Source of the DNA: Eledone cirrhosa
Lineage: Eukaryota
Assembly: GCA_964016885.1 (NCBI GenBank)
Contig: OZ024744.1
Span: forward strand, 125,550,001-125,614,000
DNA length: 64,000 bases
Reading direction: 5' to 3'
In this document: positions 20,661 to 34,333 of the stretch, in pieces
Position numbering within the stretch: position 1 is the stretch's first letter
Layout: each line of letters starts with the position of its first letter
Program-made: the position numbers and the translations under genes
Notes under the pieces: generated by a model
The model's input: the letters and a program-made list of their open reading frames with translations, nothing else
What the model was told of the DNA's origin: nothing
The model's database searches: none

Positions 20661-23600
20661 ATTCGCCGCCGGACTTCAGCTTCCTCATTTAGCATGGGCA
20701 GTTTTTCTTGAAAATCACACCACACACAGCAAATGTGTGTCCGCACATGTACCAGTAATTACAGATCGATTCCGGTGAAAATTCACTGAAAACGGGCCAT
20801 CCGGCCCTGTGCGTCGATCGTGGGCCGGCCGGATGTTGACGGATCGATGTGTAATTAGAAGTACATGTGCGGACACTCATTGGCTGTGCGTGGTATGCAT
20901 TTCAGCAAGATATCTCCGTAACATCAAGAGTTATGGCTGTGGAGGCACACCTAGTCAAACGTAAACAAGGTCTGGAGCGTTTACGCTTCGCGATTTTGTT
21001 TACGTTTGACTAGGTGTGCCTCCACAGCCACAACTCTTGATGTTACGGAGATATCTTGCTGAAATGCATACCACGCACAGCCAATGAGTGTCCGCACATG
21101 TACTTCTAATTACACATCGATCCGTCAACATCCGGCCGGCCCACGATCGACGCACAGGGCCGGATGGCCCGTTTTCAGTGAATTTTCACCGGAATCGATC
21201 TGTAATTACTGGTACATGTGCGGAGACACATTTGCTGTGTGTGGTGTGATTTTCAAGAAAAACTGCCCATGCTAAATGAGGAAGCTGAAGTCCGCCGGCG
21301 AATGGTGTGCTTCGAAGAAAACTAATTCGAAAATGACCGTTTGCAGGCGGAGTAACCTTTTCGATCGTGGGCCAGCCGCCCGTGGTGGGATCCATCTGTA
21401 ATTACTGGTACATGTGCGGACATACATTTGCTGTGTGTGGTGTGATTTTCAAGAAGAACTGCCCATGCTAAATGAGGAAGCTGAAGTCCGCCGGCGAATG
21501 GTGTGCTTCGAAGAAAACTAATTCGAAAATGACCGTTTGCAGGCGGGGTAACCTTTTCGATCGTGGGCCAGCCGCCCGTGGTGGGATACATCTGTAATTA
21601 CTGGTACATGTGCGGACACACATTTGCTGTGTGTGGTGTGATTTTCGAGAAAGACTGCCCATGCTAAATGAGGAAGCTGAAGTCCGCCGGCGAATGGTGT
21701 GCTTCGAAGAAAACTAATTCGAAAATGACTATTTGCCGGCGGAATCACCTTTTCGGTCCTGGTCCGGCCGGATCTTGCCGGATCGATCGGAAATTTGTGG
21801 ACCATGTTCGGAAGGCCATTGTGCATGTGTGGTGAAAAAAATTTGTGTCGAAATCTTCTCGGAAAATAACGGATCGCCGGCGGAGATTGCCATTTCGATC
21901 GTGGGCCGGCCGGATCTTGTCGGATCGATTCGGACATATGTGCATCGTGTTCTCAAGGCCCTTGTCTATGTGTGGTGTGATTTTCATAAAGAAATTCCGA
22001 AAAACCCAGTTTTAAATCTGATTTCGCCAAAGAATTTTGGCTATCAGATCGGGTTGAAAGGTATGGTTTCAGGTCGATCTGAAAGTCTAAAATGGAATTC
22101 ACTCGGTTAGCTAACTATTGATATTTCGGAGATATCTTTCTGAAAATCACACCACACACTCCCAATGAGTGTCTGCACATGTACCAGTAATTACAGATGG
22201 ATCCCACCACGGGCGGCCGGCCCACGATCGAAAAGGTTACTCCGAAGCACACCATTCGCCGGCGGAATTCATTTAGCATGGGCAGTTTTTCTCGAAAATC
22301 ACACCACACACAGCCAATGAGTGTCCGCACATGTACCAGTAATTACAGATGGATCCCACCACGGGCGGCTGGCCCACGATCGAAAAGGTTACTCCGCCTG
22401 CAAACGGTCATTTTCGAATTCGTTTTCTTCGAAGCACACGATTCGCCGGCGGACTTCAGCTGCCTCATTTAGCATGGGCAGTTTTTCTCGAAAATCACAC
22501 CACACACAGCAAATGTGTGTCCGCACATGTACCAGTAATTACAGATCGATTCCGGTGAAAATTCACTGAAAACGGGCCATTCGGCCCTGTGCGTCGATCG
22601 TGGGCCGGCCGGATGTTGACGGATCGATGTGTAATTAGAAGTACATGTGCGGACACTCATTGGCTGTGCGTGGTATGCATTTCAGCAAGATATCTCCGTA
22701 ACATCAAGAGTTATGGCTGTGGAGGCACACCTAGTCAAACGTAAACAAGCTCTGGAGCGTATACGCTTCGCGATTTTGTTTACGTTTGACTAGGTGTGCC
22801 TCCACAGCCACAACTCTTGATGTTACGGAGATATCTTGCTGAAATGCATACCACGCACAGCCAATGAGTGTCCGCACATGTACTTCTAATTACACATCGA
22901 TCCGTCAACATCCGGCCGGCCCACGATCGACGCACAGGGCCGGATGGCCCGTTTTCAGTGAATTTTCACCGGAATCGATCTGTAATTACTGGTACATGTG
23001 CGGACACACATTTGCTGTGTGTGGTGTGATTTTCACGAAAAACTGCCCATGCTAAATGAGGAAGCTGAAGTCCGCCGGCGAATGGTGTGCTTCGAAGAAA
23101 ACTAATTCGAAAATGACCGTTTGCAGGCGGAGTAACCTTTTCGATCGTGGGCCAGCCGCCCGTGGTGGGATACATCTGTAATTACTGGTACATGTGCGGA
23201 CACACATTTGCTGTGTGTGGTGTGATTTTCGAGAAAGACTGCCCATGCTAAATGAGGAAGCTGAAGTCCGCCGGCGAATGGTGTGCTTCGAAGAAAACTA
23301 ATTCGAAAATGACTATTTGCCGGCGGAATCACCTTTTCGGTCCTGGTCCGGCCGGATCTTGCCGGATCGATCGGAAATTTGTGGACCATGTTCGGAAGGC
23401 CATTGTGCATGTGTGGTGAAAAAAATTTGTGTCGAAATCTTCTCGGAAAATAACGGATCGCCGGCGGAGATTGCCATTTCGATCGTGGGCCGGCCGGATC
23501 TTGTCGGATCGATTCGGACATATGTGCATCGTGTTCGCAAGGCCCTTGTCTATGTGTGGTGTGATTTTCATAAAGAAATTCCGAAAAACCCAGTTTTAAA

Positions 23601-26600
23601 TCTGATTTCGCCAAAGAATTTTGGCTATCAGATCGGGTTGAAAGGTATGGTTTCAGGTCGATCTGAAAGTCTAAAATGGAATTCACTCGGTTAGCTAACT
23701 ATTGATATATCGGAGATATCTTTCTGAAAATCACACCACACACTCCCAATGAGTGTCTGCACATGTACCAGTAATTACAGATGGATCCCACCACGGGCGG
23801 CCGGCCCACGATCGAAAAGGTTACTCCGAAGCACACCATTCGCCGGCGGAATTCATTTAGCATGGGCAGTTTTTCTCGAAAATCACACCACACACAGCCA
23901 ATGAGTGTCCGCACATGTACCAGTAATTACAGATGGATCCCACCACGGGCGGCTGGCCCACGATCGAAAAGGTTACTCCGCCTGCAAACGGTCATTTTCG
24001 AATTAGTTTTCTTCGAAGCACACCATTCGCCGGCGGACTTCAGCTTCCTCATTTAGCATGGGCAGTTTTTCTTGAAAATCACACCACACACAGCAAATGT
24101 GTGTCCGCACATGTACCAGTAATTACAGATCGATTCCGGTGAAAATTCACTGAAAACGGGCCATTCGGCCCTGTGCGTCGATCGTGGGCCGGCCGGATGT
24201 TGACGGATCGATGTGTAATTAGAAGTACATGTGCGGACACTCATTGGCTGTGCGTGGTATGCATTTCAGCAAGATATCTCCGTAACATCAAGAGTTATGG
24301 CTGTGGAGGCACACCTAGTCAAACGTAAACAAGCTCTGGAGCGTATACGCTTCGCGATTTTGTTTACGTTTGACTAGTTGTGCCTCCACAGCCACAACTC
24401 TTGATGTTACGGAGATATCTTGCTGAAATGCATACCACGCACAGCCAATGAGTGTCCGCACATGTACTTCTAATTACACATCGATCCGTCAACATCCGGC
24501 CGGCCCACGATCGACGCACAGGGCCGGATGGCCCGTTTGCAGTGAATTTTCACCGGAATCGATCTGTAATTACTGGTACATGTGCGGACACACATTTGCT
24601 GTGTGTGGTGTGATTTTCACGAAAAACTGCCCATGCTAAATGAGGAAGCTGAAGTCCGCCGGCGAATGGTGTGCTTCGAAGAAAACTAATTCGAAAATGA
24701 CCGTTTGCAGGCGGAGTAACCTTTTCGATCGTGGGCCAGCCGCCCGTGGTGGGATACATCTGTAATTACTGGTACATGTGCGGACACACATTTGCTGTGT
24801 GTGGTGTGATTTTCGAGAAAGACTGCCCATGCTAAATGAGGAAGCTGAAGTCCGCCGGCGAATGGTGTGCTTCGAAGAAAACTAATTCGAAAATGACTAT
24901 TTGCCGGCGGAATCACCTTTTCGGTCCTGGTCCGGCCGGATCTTGCCGGATCGATCGGAAATTTGTGGACCATGTTCGGAAGGCCATTGTGCATGTGTGG
25001 TGAAAAAAATTTGTGTCGAAATCTTCTCGGAAAATAACGGATCGCCGGCGGAGATTGCCATTTCGATCGTGGGCCGGCCGGATCTTGTCGGATCGATTCG
25101 GACATATGTGCATCGTGTTCGCAAGGCCCTTGTCTATGTGTGGTGTGATTTTCATAAAGAAATTCCGAAAAACCCAGTTTTAAATCTGATTTCGCCAAAG
25201 AATTTTGGCTATCAGATCGGGTTGAAAGGTATGGTTTCAGGTCGATCTGAAAGTCTAAAATGGGATTCACTCGGTTAGCTAACTTTTGATATATCGGAGA
25301 TATCTTTCTGAAAATCACACCACACACTCCCAATGAGTGTCTGCACATGTACCAGTAATTACAGATGGATCCCACCACGGGCGGCCGGCCCACGATCGAA
25401 AAGGTTACTCCGAAGCACACCATTCGCCGGCGGAATTCATTTAGCATGGGCAGTTTTTCTCGAAAATCACACCACACACAGCCAATGAGTGTCCGCACAT
25501 GTACCAGTAATTACAGATGGATCCCACCACGGGCGGCTGGCCCACGATCGAAAAGGTTACTCCGCCTGCAAACGGTCATTTTCGAATTCGTTTTCTTCGA
25601 AGCACACGATTCGCCGGCGGACTTCAGCTGCCTCATTTAGCATGGGCAGTTTTTCTCGAAACTCACACCACACACAGCAAATGTGTGTCCGCACATGTAC
25701 CAGTAATTACAGATCGATTCCGGTGAAAATTCACTGAAAACGGGCCATTCGGCCCTGTGCGTCGATCGTGGGCCGGCCGGATGTTGACGGATCGATGTGT
25801 AATTAGAAGTACATGTGCGGACACTCATTGGCTGTGCGTGGTATGCATTTCAGCAAGATATCTCCGTAACATCAAGAGTTATGGCTGTGGAGGCACACCT
25901 AGTCAAACGTAAACAAGCTCTGGAGCGTATACGCTTCGCGATTTTGTTTACGTTTGACTAGGTGTGCCTCCACAGCCATAACTCTTGATGTTACGGAGAT
26001 ATCTTGCTGAAATGCATACCACGCACAGCCAATGAGTGTCCGCACATGTACTTCTAATTACACATCGATCCGTCAACATCCGGCCGGCCCACGATCGACG
26101 CACAGGGCCGGATGGCCCGTTTGCAGTGAATTTTCACCGGAATCGATCTGTAATTACTGGTACATGTGCGGACACACATTTGCTGTGTGTGGTGTGATTT
26201 TCACGAAAAACTGCCCATGCTAAATGAGGAAGCTGAAGTCCGCCGGCGAATGGTGTGCTTCGAAGAAAACTAATTCGAAAATGACCGTTTGCAGGCGGAG
26301 TAACCTTTTCGATCGTGGGCCAGCCGCCCGTGGTGGGATACATCTGTAATTACTGGTACATGTGCGGACACACATTTGCTGTGTGTGGTGTGATTTTCGA
26401 GAAAGACTGCCCATGCTAAATGAGGAAGCTGAAGTCCGCCGGCGAATGGTGTGCTTCGAAGAAAACTAATTCGAAAATGACTATTTGCCGGCGGAATCAC
26501 CTTTTCGGTCCTGGTCCGGCCGGATCTTGCCGGATCGATCGGAAATTTGTGGACCATGTTCGGAAGGCCATTGTGCATGTGTGGTGAAAAAAATTTGTGT

Positions 26601-27270
26601 CGAAATCTTCTCGGAAAATAACGGATCGCCGGCGGAGATTGCCATTTCGATCGTGGGCCGGCCGGATCTTGTCGGATCGATTCGGACATATGTGCATCGT
26701 GTTCGCAAGGCCCTTGTCTATGTGTGGTGTGATTTTCATAAAGAAATTCCGAAAAACCCAGTTTTAAATCTGATTTCGCCAAAGAATTTTGGCTATCAGA
26801 TCGGGTTGAAAGGTATGGTTTCAGGTCGATCTGAAAGTCTAAAATGGAATTCACTCGGTTAGCTAACTTTTGATATATCGGAGATATCTTTCTGAAAATC
26901 ACACCACACACTCCCAATGAGTGTCTGCACATGTACCAGTAATTACAGATGGATCCCACCACGGGCGGCCGGCCCACGATCGAAAAGGTTACTCCGAAGC
27001 ACACCATTCGCCGGCGGAATTCATTTAGCATGGGCAGTTTTTCTCGAAAATCACACCACACACAGCCAATGAGTGTCCGCACATGTACCAGTAATTACAG
27101 ATGGATCCCACCACGGGCGGCTGGCCCACGATCGAAAAGGTTACTCCGCCTGCAAACGGTCATTTTCGAATTCGTTTTCTTCGAAGCACACGATTCGCCG
27201 GCGGACTTCAGCTGCCTCATTTAGCATGGGCAGTTTTTCTCGAAAATCACACCACACACAGCCAATGAGT
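20661..27270. repeat. Palindromic (foldback-like) satellite, 1,584-bp period, built from 196-bp subrepeats
   Basis: Symmetry axes at ~20982, 22762, 24346 and 25930; mirror ORFs on both strands (20689-20880 minus vs 21084-21275 plus). Confidence 0.95.
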
Positions 27271-27314
27271 TTAAAATACTCACCGTTTGATTTGGAAAAA
27301 CTTAAAATGCTCAC

Positions 27315-27345
27315 ATATATATGTGTATGTATTTATCTATGCATG

Positions 27346-27387
<42 letters not shown>

Positions 27388-27860
27388 TATGTATTTATCT
27401 ATGTATTTATCTATATGCATGGATATATATATATATATATATATTTATCTATGTATTTATCTATATGCATGGATATATATATATATATATATGTATTTAT
27501 CTATGCATGTATGAATATATAAAATATATATATATATATATGTGTGTATGTATTTATCTATGCATGTATGAATATATAAAATATATATATATATATATAT
27601 GTATGTATTTATCTATGCATGTATATATATATAAAATATATACATAAATATATATATATATGTATTTATCTATGCATGTGTGCATACATATATATATATA
27701 TATGTATTTATCTATACATGTATGTATATATATATATATACATATATAAGTATTTATCTATACATGTATGTATATATATATATACATATATATGTATTTA
27801 TCTATACATGTATGTATATATATATATATATATATGTATATAAGTATTTATCTATACATG

Positions 27861-27900
<40 letters not shown>

Positions 27901-27930
27901 AGTATTTATCTATACATGTATGTATATATA
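27315..27930. repeat. (TA)n-rich compound microsatellite with TGTATTTATCTAT motif
   Basis: Directly visible; copy at 61216-61831. Confidence 0.92.
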
Positions 27931-28019
27931 AAATATTGTCATGTTTACAAAAATATTTTTCTAATATCGTGTTTAATATTTTCTATTGTCGTCTGCTTCT
28001 CTTCTCACGTGGTTACTTA

Positions 28020-28395
28020 CTCTCTCACCCTCTCTCTCTTTCCCCTCTCATACAACCCCTTCTTTCTCTTTCTTTCCCCTCTCACACAACCTCTTCTTTC
28101 TCTCTCTTTTTGCCAGTCCCTTCTCTCACTCTCTCTCCCTCTTCCTTTTTTATCTCTTTCTTTCTGTCTCTGTTTCCCTCCTATAGACATTCTCTCTCTC
28201 TCTTTCTGCTCTCACTCAGCCTTCTCTCTCTTTCCCCTCTCACACAGTCTTCTCTCTCTCTCTTTCCCCTCTCACACAGCATTCTCTCTCTCTCTCTCTC
28301 TCTTTCCCCTCTCACACAGCATTCTCTCTCTCTCTCTCTCTCTTTATTTCCCCTCTCACACAGCCTTCTCTCTCTATCTATCTATCTCTCTCTCT
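28020..28395. repeat. Pyrimidine-rich (CT)n low-complexity region with TTTCCCCTCTCACACAG units
   Basis: Directly visible; copy at 61921-62296. Confidence 0.88.
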
Positions 28396-29389
28396 GGAGA
28401 TTTTTTAACACAAAGTCACACAAGGATTAGAAAAATGGCGATAATCACTTTGAAAGTAACAATTATGCAATAAATAGTTGTTATTGCCACGTCTCGTATC
28501 CTCCTTTGGCAATGTGTAAAATGTTAGCGAGATCGAGTGAACAATACACAAGTTATAATACTTTACAGACGGGACTTATACAGTAGATGTAGCCAAATGC
28601 GTAGATTACGATTCTTGAGACGAGATTAAAATATACGATTAGGGGATACTTTAAGAAGACGAGTAGATGTTTGAGTAGATTTAGCTGCTTTTTCTAGCAT
28701 TTTTAGTTATACTTTGAAGCACATTTTTTTTGTTACTATTATATTAAAAGTTATCTGGTTACGTTATTTGACTGGTATTTCTAGCATTTTACAAGGACCA
28801 CGTGTGTGTTTTATTTAAGGAAGATCTAGTTGTTATTTCTGATATTTTCTTCATCAAGTTAGTTGCTATTTCCTGCATCCTCTTGAAGACAAGAAATAAT
28901 AATGAATTAGCTGCTGTTTCTAGTAGGTTCTATGGTAGTGATGAGCGTGGGAGGGGGGTTTGACTGCTATTTTTAGCAGGTTCTAAGGCATTGAGGTTTA
29001 TGTTTTACGAGAGATTTGGCTGTTATTTCTAACATGTTATAATGGAGAGAGAGAGAGAGTATAAGATATACAGAGAGAGGGAGTATAAGATATAGAGAGA
29101 GGGGAAACGGCCGATGTTTACGTTGAGAAAACCTAATAAAATGTTATAAATGGGTTTATAAAGAATAGAATGAGATAAACAAGACAAAGTTAGATAAAAT
29201 AAATCAGCTGTAAGGATATTATACGATATATTTATAATATTTTAATATATTTTTCCTGGTCGTCTGCTGCCATTGATAGAGAGAGGAGTGGTGGGAGGTA
29301 GCCATAACAACCGTGGTAGCAGCACTGAGGTTTGTTTTTAAAGAAGTGAATACAAGAAAAACAAGCAACTAAGAATATTAATCTCTTAA

Positions 29390-30000
29390 ACCCTTCAAGA
29401 TGTGTATGACAAGAAAGAAGACGTTTTAGAGTCGTATGACATAGATGATAACTGGAAATTCTTACGTGACAACTTACTGCAGGCTACTGAAGAAACTTGT
29501 GGCTGGAGCAGAGCTCCGACCAGACAGAGAGTGACCTGGTGGTGGGACAACACGGTAGATAAGGCCATTAGAGACAAAAGACTAGCATGGAACACTTGAA
29601 AAAATGGTGGGAGTAGAGACCGATACACAGCTGCTAAGAGAGAAGCTAGACGTCAGATGTACTTAGCACGCACGGAGGCTGAGAGTAGGAGGTTTGCCAA
29701 TGTTCTGTGATGGGAAGATCAGAGGCGTGCGGTGTTCCACATTGCAAGGCATGGTGTCAGTGTAAATCAGGATGTTGTTGGAGATAAGTGTATCCGGAAT
29801 GATGCCAGTGTACTTGGTGTCACGAATGATCAAAAAAAGGAGGCCTGGAAATATCATTATGAGAGGCTGATGAATTGTGGAGAATGAATGGGAGAGAGGG
29901 AAACTATCCCCAGTAGACCCAACAGAGGGACCAGCTATTGAGATTGGGGAATATAGGGTACAAGAGGCAATTAAGGAAATGAAGAATGGCAAGGCTACAT
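29390..30000 (+). mobile_element. Degenerate RTE-clade LINE fragment
   Basis: NWKFLRDNLLQATEETCGW...VTWWW and ENEW...EGPAIEI...VQEAIKEMKNGKA; stops. Copy at 63291-63901. Confidence 0.8.
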
Positions 30001-30229
30001 TTAACCCTTTAGCATTTAAACCAGCCATACCTAGCCAGAATACTCTCACATCTTTCTGTTCAAACCAGCCATAACTGGCCACTCATACTGACGTTAAGGT
30101 ATTGTTCTCAATATAAATAATATCAAAATCTCATAGATTCGATATTATATGAGATAATTATGTAAGATAAAGCCTTTACCACAAAAATACAATAGTATAT
30201 ATAGAGTAATAAAAATGCTAAAGGGTAAA
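30001..30229. mobile_element. piggyBac-like MITE
   Basis: TIRs TTAA-CCCTTTAGCATTT ... AAATGCTAAAGGG-TAAA; truncates the RTE fragment. Partial copy at 63902-64000. Confidence 0.7.
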
Positions 30230-30339
30230 AGTAGCTTATTATTTTGTGAGCTCTTGCTACTTATTGCTCTTGTGCATCAAGAACATACACAGCTTACATT
30301 TTGTTGCTAATCTCACTGAGATCCAACTACATCTCTTGT

Positions 30340-32110
30340 TTATCCATAGTTTGGAATTTCTACCTACTCCTTTCCTTTAGAATGATCAAGGCCATTTTCT
30401 TGTGGGGATCTAGGCCCTGTTTTCCTTTCTATTTTGCCAAGTTATCTTACATCACTTTCATTCTAGACCATGCTTCCAGGTTTGGAATTTCTCCTCTAAT
30501 TTTACCACAGATTAAGTGACAAGGGTTCAATCATGTGCATACAGGAGTTCCCATGGACAGCCAGTAATATGTAATAGCCTGCAGGATGATAATAAACAGA
30601 AGAGGGTTAATTACAGAGCCCTGATAGAGGGTTAATAACAGAGCCCTGATAGACTTGTTCACTCAACTCCTCACTATAGCCATCATTACTTTTAACCTTA
30701 CTGACTGCTCCTCCATACATGGCTTTTACTGCTCTCACAAGCCACTCATATACCCCTAGTTTTCTAAGTTATACACCAGATTAGGGAAGGGGGAAGTCTC
30801 ACAGAAGCTCTCTCTGGGTCAACAAATGCCAAGTAGAGGGGCTTATTTTAGCTAGGTACTACTCTTGCAGTTGCCACACAAGGAAGAGGACATCAGTGGT
30901 ACTTTTACCTGGCACAAATCCAAACTTCATCTCATCTAGGTTAACTTGGTCCCTAATCAGCTGTGTTATAAATCTAACACCTTCATGAAGTGGTCCATCT
31001 AATATCTCTATAGTTTTCTAGCTCTAGTACATCTCCTTTGCCCTTGTAGCAGTTGATGATGATGATACTACACCATTTATTTGGTATGACACCATTTTGT
31101 ATTACATGCTGTACGATACCAGTGGTTAAGATGTGACCCACCATCCCAGATACTTTCAGTATCTCAGCAACTATCACCAATGGACAAGATACTTTCTCTG
31201 TCTTCATATCCTTAATTACCTTACTTCATATCCTTAATTACCTTACTGCTTACTTGTATGGCTGGACCCTCTGTTGGGCCCACTTTCCGTAGACTATCTT
31301 CCTCCCATGCATTCTCCTCATTCAGTAATCTTTCATAAAGGCATTTCCATGTTACAAAGGTTGGCTGAAAAGTTCATAGACTATCAATGATAGCATGATG
31401 CTAGAGCTGTGAAATCTTGCCTGCATTAATTTCAACTCTTCTTATTAATAACTGCATTGTTTCCTTCCAGGGACTATGTTGAAAAATAAACCTCATTTGG
31501 TCATTCCATGAGTGTATCTTGGTCTGCCTATGAACTTTTCAGCTGACCCTATTCAGCATCAGTGAGCCCAAATGCCCCATTATCATCCTGGACACACTTT
31601 ACCCCAACATCACAATTTGCCCTCACACACTGCCTCACAATCCTGAACATCTCATGTATTTCATCCTCACATCATAAAACCAACTGAAATTATATATTCT
31701 CTGCTTCCCTCCTTGCAAAGAATACTTCTTGCCTAGCTTCCTGTAGTGTACCCTCCAGCTGCCTCCATTCTGCCATTATTCCATGCCTGTCTCTTGGCCT
31801 TAACTGTCTCATCTACCCTAGTGTTTCACCACCAAGATACTCTCCTCTCTGAAGCCCTGCTCCAGCCACAGATCTAGTTTGACACCTTCAGCAAAGGTTC
31901 TTTAAGGAACTCCCACTGTTCCCCTATATTGTATGTTTCTATTTGTTCTTCCTTACTGTTGTAAAGATCAAACAAAATATCTCTAAATTTGGAACTGGCT
32001 GAGGGGTCCTTTAACTTCCATATCCTTCTCCTCCAAGTTGCCCTCAGTCTTCAAGTTCATCTAAGTCTATGAAATCACTAACTACTGGGTTATGTTGGGA
32101 GGTGCATTCT
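30340..32110 (-). mobile_element. Degenerate RTE-clade LINE (RT N-terminal region), interrupted by a MITE
   Basis: IVAEILK...IPNKWCSIIIINCYKGKGDVLELENYRDI, plus GSVINPL and CPWELL remnants on the minus strand. Confidence 0.75.
31353..31551. mobile_element. Mariner-like MITE
   Basis: Inverted termini GGTTGGCTGAAAAGTTCATAGAC ... GCCTATGAACTTTTCAGCTGACCC. Confidence 0.75.
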
Positions 32111-32264
32111 TCCCCAGGGGGTGGGGATTGTGTGTTTACAAATGTCAATATCTCATCTTCTGGTGAGGATAAAAATCTGACTGGCATGCTCCTCTGACCA
32201 ATAGGTGTTGAAGTGGTTGTCGGGTAAACGTTAAGACCCTCTGATATACATATATATATATATA

Positions 32265-32490
32265 CTAGCAGTGGTACCCGGCGTTGCACGGGATAACGTA
32301 TTTCGGAACGCGGGCCGCCATCTTCCACTTCAGCCGGTCGCCCTAAAGTGTTGGCTATTCAGTCTACTTGAGGCCAGTTGGTGAGGGGGGGTAAAGCTTT
32401 CAGTGTGCTACTACCCTCACGGTCAAATAGAAAGGGAGAGGAAGAAAAGTCAGCGTTAATATCGTGCTACACGTTTGAAAGGTTGGATGA
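32265..32490 (-). mobile_element. Helitron-type 3' end (hairpin plus CTAG)
   Basis: Minus strand CCCGTGCAACGCCGGG-TACCACTG-CTAG followed by T, next to a (TA)n run. The right boundary is uncertain. Confidence 0.65.
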
Positions 32491-32599
32491 CCTTAGAGTT
32501 CACCAGGGTGGGGGGTTCTAAAAGTATCTATCTTGGTATTTTATCTTAGAAGTAATCATTACAGAGTGTACTGGGTGTATTTTAGTGGGCAGTAATTCC

Positions 32600-33400
32600 A
32601 TAAAGAACACAGTATAATCTGTGGACACAAGCCTTGCAGTGTGATTACAGGCAGGTTAATGGGAAAGATAGATTATATATGTGACATGATGTACATGAGA
32701 AGTGAGGACACAGACCACACATGAAATAGATTCCTACAACTGTCAGGGAGGCTCCCTAGAATTACAGATGACATATTTCAATATCTCGGTGATCAAGTTA
32801 GCAGTGGAGGAAGAATCTCTAAAAGTGTAATACCCAGGATAAGGACAGGCTGGAAGAAGTTTAGAGTACTGTTCCATCTGTTGACAACAAAGGGCTTCTC
32901 TCTCAGAATGGAGGCTAGACTGCTTGATACTTATGTGTGGTCTGCAATCTACACCCCAGCCATGCCCCTTCCACTACCACTCCTTAGCTATTTCTCTCCA
33001 TTAATACTCCTCACATTTCAAGCAGTTTTCTCATCTCAATGAAAGAAAAATATTGGGCTCAAGAGAAGTCTTCAGTTATGCCATGGTGTGGCAACCTCCC
33101 TAGGGTTGGGCAGAGTGTAAATGAGAGTGAAATTAGGTATGAGAGGGATCATATGCAGTATACAAGAGAGTAGATTACATTGGTATGGTCATGTGATGGG
33201 TATAAAGGATGACAGCTGTATAAAAATGTGCTGGGCAATCAAAGTTGATGGAAGTTATGAAGGCGGAAGACCCAGGATGACCTGGGATGAGGTGATAAAA
33301 GATGACTTTGCACAATTGCAACTCTCAAAGACAATGACACAGGATAGAGATCTTGAGATGTATGCAGCAATACAGAAGGCCTGCTTTCCAATGTGCACGG
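32600..33400 (+). mobile_element. Degenerate RTE-clade LINE 3' fragment
   Basis: LGMRGI...IQESRLHWYGHVM...GGRPRMTWDEVIKDD (RTE C-terminus). Confidence 0.8.
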
Positions 33401-33484
33401 ACTCAAACATACATCTAGTAGGCCCCTCCTAACCACTATACTCCTTTCCAAACTCCCACACTCCCACTTCTGTACACACCACCT

Positions 33485-34055
33485 TTAGACTGTAAAGTGG
33501 TAGTGTACAAGTCACAACAAAAGCACCCAGTCCACTCTGTAAAGTTGATGTGTTGGTGTCATAACAAAAGGCACTCAGTCCACTCTGTAAAGAGGTTGTG
33601 TAAGTGTCACAACAAAGACATCTAGTCCACACTGTAAAGTGGTCATGTAGGTGTCACAACAAAAAGTACCAGTCATTATTGTAAAGTGGTTGTATAGGTG
33701 TCATAACAAAAAGCACCCAGTCGACACTGTAAAGTGGTTGTGTAGGTGTCAGAACCAAAAGCACCCAGTCCACCCTGTAAAGTGGTTGTGTAGGTGTCAT
33801 GATAAAAAGCACCCAGTCCACACAGTAAAGTGGTCATGTAGGTGTCACTAAAAAAGCACCCAGTCTACTCTGTAAAGTGGTCATGTAGGTGTCATGACAA
33901 ATAGCACCCAGTCCACCCTGTAAAGTGTTCATGTAGGTGTCATGATGGAGAGTAACCAGTCCACAATGTAAAGTAGCCATGTAGCTGTCACAACAAAGCA
34001 CCCAGTCCACACTGTAAAGTGGTCATGTAGGTGTCATTTCAAAAAGCACCCAGGT
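33485..34055 (+). repeat. ~46-bp minisatellite, ~12 copies, derived from an RTE/SINE 3' tail motif
   Basis: Unit AAAAGCACCCAGTCCACACTGTAAAGTGGTCATGTAGGTGTCA. The inverse motif TTTACAGAGTGTACT(G/T)GGTGCTTTT occurs three times at 10371-10512. Confidence 0.85.
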
Positions 34056-34134
34056 CCATGGCTTGGCCTGCTAACCGACGCTATACCCAAGTCGGTCGCC
34101 ATGCTTTCCAGCATAGAGTTACGTCTCTTTATGG

Positions 34135-34240
34135 TCTGAGTTCAAATCACGCCGAGGTTAACTTTGCCTTTCATCCTTACGGGGTCGATAAAATAAAGCA
34201 CCAGTAATGTACTGGGGTCGATTTAATCGACTTTCCCCTC
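34135..34240 (+). mobile_element. SINE (mollusc/Octopus-type, B-box plus Nin-like core)
   Basis: GAGTTCAAATC (B-box-like) followed by GCCTTTCATCCTTACGGGGTCGATAAAATAAAGCACCAG...ACTGGGGTCGAT; another fragment at 20163-20218. Confidence 0.75.
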
Positions 34241-34283
34241 CTCTGCCAAATGACACACACATGCATGGTTCGGGGGAACCTAC

Positions 34284-34333
<50 letters not shown>

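Noticed and set aside
20689-27522. Many 60-270 aa ORFs in the palindromic array, or a transposase
   Set aside because: Mirror ORFs on both strands with no DDE, HUH or other domain motif; open/closed state flips with single variants.
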